Source of the DNA: Mobula hypostoma
Lineage: Eukaryota
Assembly (NCBI RefSeq): GCF_963921235.1
Contig: NC_086097.1
Location: forward strand, 55,368,001 to 55,432,000
Reading direction: 5' to 3'
DNA length: 64,000 nucleotides
The notes below the pieces were generated by a model. The model was not told the DNA's origin. It did no database searches and was given only the letters and a program-made list of their open reading frames with translations. Each line of letters begins with the position of its first letter. Position 1 is the first letter of the stretch. Shown here in pieces: positions 37,570-48,158 of this stretch. The position numbers were made by a program, and so were the translations under genes.

Positions 37570-38114
37570 TAACTTTATATGCGATTGTGATGCCACTGTA
37601 TTGTGTCCATTTTGTCCACACCAGGGGAGAACCATTATGCTGTTGCCCAACCCTGCTCCGTAGGGATAGGACACGAGGAACAAATTGATCACCAGGAGAA
37701 GTCCAGATACGTTTCAAAACTTTCCTGGACCTCCTCTTCAATTTGCTGTATAAAATTAACTTGTTTTCTCTATGTCCAGCCCTTATGAAGGGGTTTTGAC
37801 CTGAATTCTGTTTTTTTTCCATAGATATTTTCTGATTTGCTAAGTGTTTCCTGTATTTTGTTTTCTTTATTTCAGATTTCCAGCGTCTGCAGTTCTAATC
37901 TATTTTCAAGTTTAAAAACAATGTATTTTAAGTGTGTGCATCGGAAGGAACAGAAATGCCAGTTTTCTATTGCTAGTTTTTCCTGCCAACTAGGCAGTCA
38001 ATCTGGCTGGCAGTGGGATGGAATCAATATTGATTCATTTAAAGGAATCCTGTTGTAAAGATCAGCAAGGTCTCAAACATTACCTAGCTTTGCAGTGTTT
38101 TTTTTTTGCTGGCT

Positions 38115-38432
38115 TCTTATCAGGAAACACTTCAAAGATGGCATCAAAATCAGTCAAGAGGAATTCAATATTACCTCTGAAAACGGGGAAGACATAGCAC
38201 TCAATAGATGCACCTGGAGGAAATCTGTTCAAGAAGGAGCTGAGCTACATGAGAGTGATCTCCACTGTGCTGCAGAGAACAAGTCGCAGCAGTGAAAGGA
38301 GAGAATGAACAACCAAAAGACTCGACCACTAACCGCAGCTACCATTTACTCTTGACAGTACTGCACCAGAAATTATGGATCTCAGATTGGCCGCTACAGC
38401 TACCTGAGGACCCAGCAACAGACAACCGCTTA
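38115..38432 (+). mobile_element. RTE-clade LINE 3' end
   Basis: EDIALNRCTWRKSVQEG followed by a degenerate C2H2-like YCTRNYGSQIGRYSYLRT, typical of the RTE ORF C-terminus. Confidence 0.7.
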
Positions 38433-39440
38433 GGAGGCTTCTTGCCCTCTTCTTCCAAGTTACATGGAAGTAATCACTATCAGCAAATCCTGTTCGGCAA
38501 AAATTGTAAGGAAAATTTCAGATACTGGTTACATATTCTGCAAAAATAGTAAGGAAAATTCCAATACATTAGACTTTTATTATAAGCACTTCTCATTTAA
38601 TTTTGCATTTTGTAACTTTGGTCCTGTTGGAAAAATCACTAATTTAGTGATGTTTGTGCAATAGAGAAATGTTATATTTTATTTCAAATATATTCTACAT
38701 GTCATTCTTTTATGTTGTAACACTACCTGTCATGGTCTGGTCCGTGATGTCCACATTCCGGTTCACGGTCCGGTCCGAGGACTCAGGACTCCGGGTCTTC
38801 CACCTGTCCCTTGTTTGGTTGAGTTAATCATTGGCACCTGATTCCCATCTTTGGGCTTGGAATATAAGTAGCCTTGGGGTTGAGTGTGGGCTGCTGGTTT
38901 GTCTTGTCAGTCCCCCTTAGAGCAACCTGCTGATGGAAACCATTTGTGATGTCTAGGCCTGGTTGGAGGACCACAGCTTCATGGAGCCTTGTTGCCACTC
39001 GTCGGAGCAGTCATCGTGGTATGGATTCGGCCGTTTCTGTAGCCAGCCAAGGTTGCTGGCTGCCCCGAGACTCGGAGCCACCCTGTATTGAGCTCCTTTC
39101 CTGTCCTTGCCTCTGTTGGGTAAGCCAGGCCGTAATTGCTGTTACCCTGCGGTTGGTTCTGTCCCTCTCTGTCCTTGCCTCTGTGGGGTGAAGTTCCGCG
39201 TCCTGCCCAGGAGATCTGTGTCCTACCCAGGAGAAGCTCCAAGAACCCAAGCCTCGATGATCCCAAGCCAAGCTCCAAGAACACAAGCCTGAAGTCCCCA
39301 GCCTCCAAGCTCAGGACCCAAGGCCCCAACCTGCAGCCAAGCTCAGGACCCAAGGCCCCAGCCTCAATAGCAAAGACCCCAGCCTGTCTCCAAACTCAGG
39401 CCTCTAGACTCCAGTCACGTCCTGTCCTGAAGCCATGTCA

Positions 39441-40959
39441 CAGACATCCCACCCTGCAAAAACTCATTTCAGGGAGGTAGCATCATCAATTTGCGAGAGA
39501 CTTCTGGGAGGGGTGGGATGTCTGCAATAGAGTAGCTCCTTAGCAGCCAGCCAGCTAGTTTAAATAACGTTAGCTATGCCAATGAACGAATGACACCTGT
39601 TAAACTCACCTCAACATTTCTTTTACATTTTAACCCACCATGGGCAATAGAAAAGTCACTGTTGCAAACAGTGCAGTGGAAAACACTCATTATTTTGACC
39701 CCTATTAGGCAGGGGTACACTTTAGTGTAGTCTGGGGTGATGTACGTTTTATTTTTTTGGAACACTGCCACTCTGACTTTTTTTGGAACTCTGTCACTCT
39801 TGCTCTCACGCTCTCTTGCTCGCTCTCGCGCGCACTCTCGCTCTCTCTCATGGTCGCTCTCACTCTCTTTCTTTTTAAATCTTTTTATTGAGTAAGTATA
39901 CAAAAAAGGTAAGCCATATAAACATTAATACAATGTTAAAGTATAATAAAATTCCAAAAGATAACAATACCAAAAAGAAAATACTACAAACAATGTAATT
40001 TAAGCATAAGAAACCAAGATAACATAATAGTATACTAAATTTTATATATATCAATGGAAAAAAAAAGAAAAAAAAAAACCCCCAAAAAAAAACCCACCGT
40101 GCAACTAACTAAAAGCAAAGCAAAGCAATGGGCTAACTTGAAACCAAACAGAGTTAAACTTAAAATCACGTCCTCAATCCCGACCTCCATTAAAACAGTG
40201 AAGAAAAAACAAGAAGGGTAAATATTACATTAAATGAAAATATCGAATAAAAGGTCCCCAAATCTGTTCAAATTTAAATGAAGAATCATAAAGGTTACTT
40301 CTAATTTTCTCCAGATTCAAACATAAAATCGTCTGAGAAAACCAAAAAAAGGTAGTTGGAGCATTAAGCTCTTTCCAATGTTGTAAAATACATCTTTTCG
40401 CCATTAAAGTAAGAAATGCAATCATTCTACGGGCTGAAGGGGAAAGATTACTAGAAATTTTAGGTAGTCCAAAGATAGCAGTAATAGGGTGAGGAGAGAT
40501 ATCTATATTTAATACCTTAGAAATAATATTGAAAATATCTCTCCAAAAAGTTTCCAAAGTAGGGCAAGACCAAAACATATGAGTTAAAGAGGCTATCTGC
40601 CCCGAACATCTATCACAGAAAGGATTAATATGCGAGTAAAAACGCGCTAACTTATCTTTGGACATATGTGCTCTATGAACCACTTTAAATTGAATTAGGG
40701 AATGTTTAGCACAAATAGAGGAAGTATTAACTAATTGTAAAATCTGCCCCCAATCATCCACAGAAATGGTAAGCCCCAAGGTCGCTCTCACTCTCGCGCT
40801 CGCTTTCTTGCTCTTGCGCTCGCTCTCTCTCACGCATTCTCTCACACTCGCTCTCAAAAAAATCAATTTCCGGGACATTGTATATAATTTGTGGGCATCA
40901 GGGAGCCACTATTAATTTGCAGGACATTCCCGGAACTTCTGGGAGAGGTGGGATGTCTG
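39441..40959 (-). mobile_element. Non-autonomous hAT-like DNA transposon with 6-bp TSD
   Basis: TIRs CAGACATCCCACC / GGTGGGATGTCTG; TSD ATGTCA (39435-39440, 40960-40965); minus-strand BED-finger-like remnant HCTVCNSDFSIAHGG. Confidence 0.8.
39868..40779 (-). mobile_element. 5'-truncated L1-clade LINE (ORF2 C-terminus + 3' UTR), young
   Basis: Uninterrupted ORF with IQFKVVHR..CDRCSGQIASLTHMFWSC (zf-RVT-like) ending at 40225; AATAAA near the 3' end; 16-bp TSD GGTCGCTCTCACTCTC (39852-39867, 40780-40795). Confidence 0.92.
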
Positions 40960-41684
40960 ATGTCATGTCCTTGCCTGGTTCCGGGGTCCGAGCCCGAGGC
41001 AAGACCCAGGTTCTGGGTCCTTGTCCAGTCTTGGACTTGGAGTCGAAGCTTTGTCTCCTAGTCCATGGTTTCTAGTCCTGGTCCTGCTTTCCTTAGCCCA
41101 AGTCTGCGTTCTTGTCCCTGCTCCTGGTCTGAATCCAACAGTCCCTACTCTAGTTAGGTCCTGTTCCTTGTACTCCAGTGTCTGTGTCTTGCATTTGGGT
41201 CCATTACCAGCGCCCCCTTTCTGACACTACCATGATTTGTAGAAATAAAACCATTGAGCTTTATGAAACAAAACAAAGGCTGGCTTGCTGATATTTTTTA
41301 AAGAAAGCATTGTTACTAATTCTTCCCCGGTACAAAAATAGTTCTGTTGTATGATAATGTAATTACTATCATTTGTGTAATGCAAATGAAAGTACTGAAT
41401 TTTTAGATCAATTGCAACAACCAGGATAATAGTGTTCCTCTAGTCTAATTTTTACAGGCTATTTATAATTTCTACAAGTATGTTAAGTGGGTATTCCTTT
41501 TCTTATAGCTAATATAACATTCCCAGTCAGATGCACCAGTGGCTTATTTCTACATACTCAAGAATTCACTTTCACATTTAAAAGTACTCATCAATGTGAC
41601 ATTTCAGTGTTCTACTGTATCAGAGAAATAAATTCATTCATAAAGCTTCTGTGTCACAGTAATTTAATATTTCAATGATCCAGT

Positions 41685-42047
41685 ACTGCCATCAGGAAGA
41701 AAGTACAGGACCCTCAGGATCTCTACAACCAAGCTCAGGAACAGTTATTACCCCTCAACCATCAGGATCTTGAATAAGAGGGGATAACTTCACTTGCTCC
41801 ATCACCGAATTGGACTTAACTTCAAGGACTCTTCATCTCATGGTCCTTGTTTCTTGTTTATTTTCTCTTTCTTTTTGTATTTGCAGTTTGTGTTTGTTTT
41901 TTGCACATTGGTTGTTGTCCATGATGGTGGGCGTGGCCTTCAATTGATTCTATTGTGTTTCTGGTATTTACTGTGTCTGCAAGAAAATGAATCTCGGGGT
42001 TCTATATAGTGACTTATATGTACTTTGATAATAAATTTACTTTGAAC
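41685..42047 (+). mobile_element. Rex1/Babar 3' tail
   Basis: CTGCCATCAGGAAGAAAGTACAGG ... GATAATAAATTTACTTTGAAC, homologous to 19290-19692. Confidence 0.8.
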
Positions 42048-42399
42048 AATAATATAAAGAGGATAGGGCCAGATTGTGCTGATTGACAATACCGACCAAT
42101 ATGCCACCATTCCTCAGCAATTCCTACCTTGCTATGATTATAGAAGGAACGGCTCAGTGAGGAGACAGAATCAGAGATGTCTTCTTGCTACAAATAAATC
42201 AGCAACTAACGTGCATCTTAAGCAGTTGCATGCAGCTGTGCTTCTCTTCTCATCCTAACAATAAAGTTAGCAAATGATAATACCAGTCTTTTACAGCCAT
42301 CCTCTTCATTTTTCAAACAGCAATGAAGATATTAATCTAAACCTATCTGGCATGGGGGATTAGCATTCAATGTTGGTAATCTTTCTCACCTCCCTTTTA

Positions 42400-43350
42400 G
42401 AACTGAACATCAGGTACAATAATCAACCCTGTAAGCAGATGATCTGAAGGAGGACCTGCAAATGGCCATTAACTACTCCTCTACAGCTTACAGCAGCCTT
42501 GCACTAACCCTCAGCATTGACATAGCCATAAGCCATAGGAGCAGAATTAGGCCACTCGGCCCATGGAGTCTGTTCTGCCATTTCATCATGGCAAAGTTCT
42601 GTAGCAGCTTTCTTTGTAGTTAATCAAGGAAGATCTACATTGATTATAAAGAACTGGAAATTGTCTAACTTGGCAGAATAAAGAAGCAGGAGTACACTAT
42701 TCGACTAGTCATGCCATCTCTGATATTCAATAATATCATGGTTGAACATATATTTCAGTCCCAATTTGATGCACTAATTCAATATCCATCATGGCAGCCT
42801 TGTGTTTGGTAATCTGTTTCATACTGTGTTCAGTATCAATGACATTAGAATGCATTCCAGTCTTTTACTTTACAAAGCAATATTAATCCTAACTCTTCTC
42901 TACAGCTATGAGACTTGGGGATCTACAGAAAACAACTGGAACACTTTTCAAAGCATCATTGACATAATTTTGGATAGATTTTTTATCCAAATGAGACACT
43001 GTGGGGAATATTGCTACTGCTGTTTTATTTCCCATTTTCTTATTGCAACATTAATGTCAATGAATTCACAGACGGTAACTGTTTCAGTGCTAAAGTCCTG
43101 ATTAACTTGTATAAACTGAGTAGATACTGTGTGTATATGCCTGATATGAATGGAAAAAAAAGAACGAGGGAGTCCAAAAGAAATGTTTTAAAGATACAGG
43201 GCATCAGTTTCACATGTTGGAAGACAGCTCAATGAGGCTAGCTGGTGATGATTTTGCCTGAGGAAGTGTTGTATCTTGCTTACAGAGTAACACCATGAAA
43301 GAAAGGACAAGCAACTGTCTAGGGCAATCGTAAGGGCAATTATGGTTTAA
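42400..43350 (+). mobile_element. Highly degraded RTE LINE remnant with short CR1-tail insertions
   Basis: LLLYKAILILTLLYSYETW resembles the RTE YRAVV..LLYGSETW motif. CR1 tail (reverse complement) CATAAGCCATAGGAGCAGAATTAGGCCA at ~42527. Confidence 0.5.
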
Positions 43351-44329
43351 GTATGCCTTCTAACACCATCTGTAAGGGCTGCCAATTTGGCTTCAGAATT
43401 GGATGCAGTCCCAGGGCTACTGCTGATAGTACCAAATGGCACATAGCTCCTCTTCCAGCTCCTGCGGCACCTCTACTTCGGCAGATACGCAATTGTGAGC
43501 TGGTTACTAGATTGTTTCATCATCTTTCCGTAGATCTTTATCTCTAGATTGGATTTTCTTTCCTTCTCATAGCGCAGCATACTTTATTTCTAAAAGTCCA
43601 CAGTTTTAGATTTTATGTAAAACGCAGCCATACATTTTTGGCAATAATTACGCCAGAAGTCTTTAGGCTAGAACGCCAATGCCCCTTATTTCTTTCCGTC
43701 TTTCCTTCCCACTTTTGAAATCGGATAGCTCTGTCACTTAGTCACTAGTTCCTAAATTTCTGTCTTCCTTTTTTACTGGTTTCAACATCAGCTGCACAAT
43801 TTAAAAGGAAGTTAGGATTTGGCAACTAGTGCCTAACGTTATGTCTTTGCAGTTTGATGAACTTATTTGAAATTCACCCTCAAAATACATTAAAAGGACC
43901 ATTTAATATACGTGATAGGCAGTGGAGCATTTACAGTTTCAATGTTCGGCTCACATAAATTACGAAGTGAGCATTTTTTGTGTGGTTTGGCAACAGCTGA
44001 ACCTCAGGCTTTCACAGAATACAAAATGTCTACATTGTTTAACATTAATACCGTCTCTTTTAATCTCTGGCATATCCTTTGAAACGATAATTCCATGATG
44101 CCAGAAAAGATTTATTACCATATCATTTATGCGATCGTACTGAACCAATTAATCAGCATTGTGTATGTGGAGGATGCCTTTAACAAGTCCCAACCCCCCT
44201 AATATTAAGATTAAATAACAGTGAATAGAGTTTCGTGTGCCACAGCCGGTACATTGTGCTTTCTGTGGCTCTACTGACGTGCCTTGATGGGAGAGGACGA
44301 GAAGGAGAGGTTTTGAAACAGCGAAGTCC

Positions 44330-45450
44330 TTGTTTTCCCTGGGTCTGGCAGTGCCAGCATGGCTCCGGGACCGAGGTTCACTAAGCTTTGCCGTTAACAT
44401 ATAAATCTACGCTTCCTTTGACCATCAGCGACAGCAGCAGGCGACAGTCAGTGGCAGGGGATGGTAGGGCGCCGACATCTGCCGCGGCAAATCGGAGCGC
44501 ATGGAGCCGACAGCTGCCGACGCCCCCCCCCCCCGCAAAGGCTCCTGCTGAAGTCCCGAGGGACGCGGCCTCCCGCTGACCCAACCCCGGCCGCATCAAC
44601 ACTCGCGCCCGTTGTCCTAATTGACTCGTTCCGCCGCTCGCGCTCCAATCGCGGCCCGTGCCAGGCGCTCGCGCTTCACGCAGCGGCTCCGTCTGTTGTG
44701 TTTACATAACACCCTCAGACGGGGAACCAGGAATAAAAATAATCTGCGGGGAAGCGGCGTTTGACAGGAGGGATTGCATTCTGCTCGGTTTTTTTCTCTC
44801 TCTCTCTGCGAGCAGAGCACTCCTGAAAGAAAGTCATGACAAGCCGCGTTATTAACACTGCCTGGCTGTGATGGGGAAAGTCTTTGTGTGGCGCAAGTGG
44901 CCGCGGGCTTGCCTCCCGGCTCTGTGGGAGTTGATAGGCTCCGCCCAGCCCCAGCCCCGCCCCCTCCCCCTCCGCCCGCCCGCCCGCCCCAGCTGACTAA
45001 TCTGAATGTTGACGCTTTCTTTCTCGGCGCAGGAAACATTTGGCCGATCGGCGCTGACGAGCTCCGCGGATCGGAACCCGGAGAGGACGCGGAAAGTGGT
45101 GCGAGTGGAGCACAAACAAAATCAGAACAACTCCAAAGCAACAGCAACACCAGCAGAAATAAAACTAATGATCTGCCTGTGGATACTGTCAGCCAGTAGC
45201 GAACGGTGAACCTCGACGAGGAGAGGAAAATCGAGCGCCACTCATGTTTTCATCAAGTCAGGAAGATCACAGCGCGCCCACCAAGGATCCCGTGAAGTAC
45301 GGAGAACTCATCGTCCTGGGGTGAGCGAGGGGAGATCGGGGTCATGGCTTCAGCTGGAGTCTCCGTTTGTGACTGTTTCCTGGCTAGATCACTGCATCTT
45401 GCTCTTCCTTCTGCGTCTCCCTGTGTGCCTGCGCCCTCCCTGCGCCAACA
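44330..45450 (+). promoter_or_regulatory. CpG island / promoter and 5' UTR of PELI2
   Basis: Abrupt GC- and CpG-rich, repeat-free segment in an otherwise CpG-depleted window. GC boxes (CCCCGCCCC ~44954, (CCGC)n ~44972-44990), CCAAT at ~44644. Directly upstream of and overlapping the first coding exon. Confidence 0.85.
45244..45320 (+). CDS. PELI2: Pellino-2 E3 ubiquitin ligase, first coding exon (77 nt, phase-2 donor); later exons not found in the window
   Basis: ATG TTT TCA TCA AGT CAG GAA GAT CAC AGC GCG CCC ACC AAG GAT CCC GTG AAG TAC GGA GAA CTC ATC GTC CTG GG|GTGAGC = MFSSSQEDHSAPTKDPVKYGELIVLG. Aligns without gaps to the PELI2 N-terminus as I recall it (MFSPGQEEHCAPNKEPVKYGELVVLG); PELI1 is two residues shorter here. 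Too short for the ORF track. Confidence 0.92.
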
Positions 45451-45894
45451 CAGATCACTGTGCTCTCTTCCACTTTTCTAATGGGGGGGGGGGAATATTT
45501 GCTCTTCTGACTGCAGGTGCCTTCTACAGCACTTTTACTTTGTCCCCAGTATTTTATCTGTCTGTCTGCTTCCTGCACTTAGTGGAGCTTCATCCTCATC
45601 TCGGTCAGCTGGTGCTTCTCTGCTCAGTGTTTGCCGTTTGTGCCTGGCTGCGTGAGGGCTCTTTTTACGTCTGCAAGTGTTGAATGCTCTTTTCAAATGC
45701 TCTCACTAACTCCCATTACTTTTCTACTTGTCTGTCACTTTTCCATCACTTCAGCAGGTTCACTTGGTCTACATTCGCCCTCTTCCACTCAAGTACCAGT
45801 GGTGGGGGGTTGGTTTAGGGTCAAAATCCTGTCAGAGGTGAATGCCCCTCTTTAAATCGTTGAGCCCACTAGGGGAACAGCAATTCTGGATTGG

Positions 45895-48120
45895 GTGTTA
45901 TGTAGTGACCCAGAGAAGCTTATGGTAAAGGGGCCCTTAGGAGGAACTGATCCATAATATGATCGAATTCACCCTTAGTTTAAGAAGGAGAAGATAAAAT
46001 TGGATGTATCAGTATTGTAGTGGAGTAGAGGGAATTAGGCATGCAATTGGAAGTTGGCCAAAGTTGATTGGAAAGAGACACTAGCAGGGGTAACAGAGAA
46101 CAACAATGGCTTGTGTTTCTGGGGGAAATTCAGAATGTGCAGAAAAGGTACATCCCAGCAATGAAGAAATGCTTTAAAGGGAGCATGAAGCAGCTATGGC
46201 TGACAAGGGAAGTCAAAGACAACGTAAAGGCAAAAGAGAGGACAAATAATATAGCAAAAATTAGTGGGAAGGATTAGGATGTTTTCATAAACCAACAGAT
46301 GGCAACTAAAGAGCCATAAAGAGAGAAAAGAAGAAATATAAAGGGAAGCTAGCTAATAATATAAAAGAGGATACAAACACTTTTTTTCAGATATACTGTA
46401 TAAAGAGTGAAAGAGAGACGTGAGTTGATATCAGACCTCTTGAAAAAGACACTGGAGAGGAACAAAGAAATGGCAGAGGAACTTAATGAGTTTTTTCTGT
46501 TGTGGAAGACACTAGCAGAATGCCAGAAATTCTGGGGGCAGGAGTGAGTGTCATTGCTATTACTAAGGAGAAGGTGCTTGGGAAGCTGAAAACCTGAAGG
46601 TAGATAAGTCACTTGGACTAGATGGACTACACTGCAGGATACTGGAAGAGGTACCTGAAGAGATAGTGGAGGCATTAGTAATGATGATTCAAGAATTGCT
46701 AGACTCTGGATGGTTCTGGAGGTCTCGAAAATTGCAAATGTAACTCCACTCTTTCAGAAGAAAGAGGATTACAGTATAGGGCAGTTAGCTGGACTTCAGT
46801 GGTTGGAAAGATTATTAAGGATGAGGTTTTCGGTACTTGGAGGTGTAATGAAAAATAGGCCAAAGTCTGCAAGGTTTTCCAAAGGGGAAATCTTGCCTGA
46901 TAAGTCTATTGGAATTCTTTGATGAAGTCACAGGCTGGATAGACAAAGGCAAGTCAGTGGATGTTGTTTATTTGGATTTTCAGAAGACCTTTGACAAGGT
47001 TTTGCACATGAGGCTGCTTAACAAGATACGAACCCATGGTATTACAGGAAAAGTTCTAGCATGGATAGAAGATAGGCAAAGAGTGAGAATAAGGGGGTCA
47101 TGTTCTGGTTGGTTGCCGATGACTAGTGGTGTGCCGCAGAGGTCGGTGTTGGGACTACTTCTTTTCACTTTGTATGTCAGTGATTTCAATGATTTGTGGC
47201 CAATCTTGTGGATGATACAAAGATAGGTGGAGCAGCAGGTAGTGTTGAGGAAGCAGGGTGACTGCAGAAGGACTTAGATTAGGAAAATGGGCAAAGTGGC
47301 ACATGAATATAGTGTAGGGAAGCACATGATCGTGCACTTTGGCAGAAGGAATAAAGTCATGGAATATTTTCTAAATGGGAAGAAAATACAAAAATCAGAG
47401 ATGCGGAGGGACTTAGGGATCCTCATGTAGGATTCCCTAAAGGTTAACTTGCAGGTTGAGTTAGTGGTAAGACAGGCAAATGCAATGTTAACATTCTTTC
47501 AAGAGGACTAGAATATAAAAGTGAGGATGTAATGCTGAGGCTTTGTAAGCATTGGGCAGACTGCACTTGTATTGTGAGCAGTTTTTGGCCCCTTATCTTA
47601 AAAAAGATATGCTGGCATTGGAGAAGGTCATGAGGAGGTTCACGTGATTGATCCCAGGAATGAAACAGTTATATGAAACATATGAGGAACATTTGATGCC
47701 TCCGAGCCTGTACACACTGGAGTTTAGAAGAATGAAGTGGATCCCATTGCAACCTATTGAATATTGAAAGGTCAGAATAAAGTGGATATGGAGAGGATGT
47801 TTCTTATAGTGGGGGAGTCTAGAACCAGAGGGAACAGCCTCAAAACTGGGGGGCATCCATTTAGAACAGAGATGAGGAAAGGTTTCTTCAGCCAGAGGGT
47901 GCTGAATCTGTGGAATTTATTGCCACTGACAGCTCTGCATGTTATTGGGCATATTTAAAGTGGAGTTTCATAGGTTCTTGATTAATCAGGGAGTTAAAAG
48001 TTATGAGGAGAAGTCTGAAGAATGGGGTTAAGAGGTATAATAAATCAGCCATGATGGAATGGCGGGGCAGACTGGATACGCTGAATGGCCTAATTCTGCT
48101 CCTGTGTCTAATGGTCTTAA
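45895..48120 (+). mobile_element. Degraded CR1 LINE, ~2.2 kb
   Basis: KIANVTPLFQK, VDVVYLDFQKTFDKVLH, TSGVPQRSVLG and FFSQRVLNLWNLLP motifs; tail AATGGCCTAATTCTGCTCCTGTGTCTAATGGTCTT. Confidence 0.9.
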
Positions 48121-48158
48121 ACTGTCTGGATATATAAACGACTAACTCCTGTATTTTC

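Larger units (their letters stand above)
38728..41226 (+). mobile_element. Solo LTR (Gypsy-like, ~1 kb of own sequence) carrying nested insertions
   Basis: Termini TGTCA...TGACA, 5-bp TSD CTACC (38723-38727, 41227-41231), TATA-like ATATAAG at ~38863. Strand is assigned from the TATA only. Confidence 0.8.

Noticed and set aside
44872..44884. NF-kB site GGGGAAAGTCTT in the promoter
   Set aside because: Mismatches at the terminal CC positions; too weak to call from sequence.
45054..45100. CTGACGA ... GAAA in the PELI2 5' UTR as a hammerhead ribozyme
   Set aside because: The bases flanking the two core boxes do not pair to close stem II, and there is no suitable stem I/III with an NUH triplet.
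44381..45209. Several 60-177 aa ORFs on both strands of the CpG island
   Set aside because: Expected from stop-codon scarcity in GC-rich DNA; no recognisable domain.
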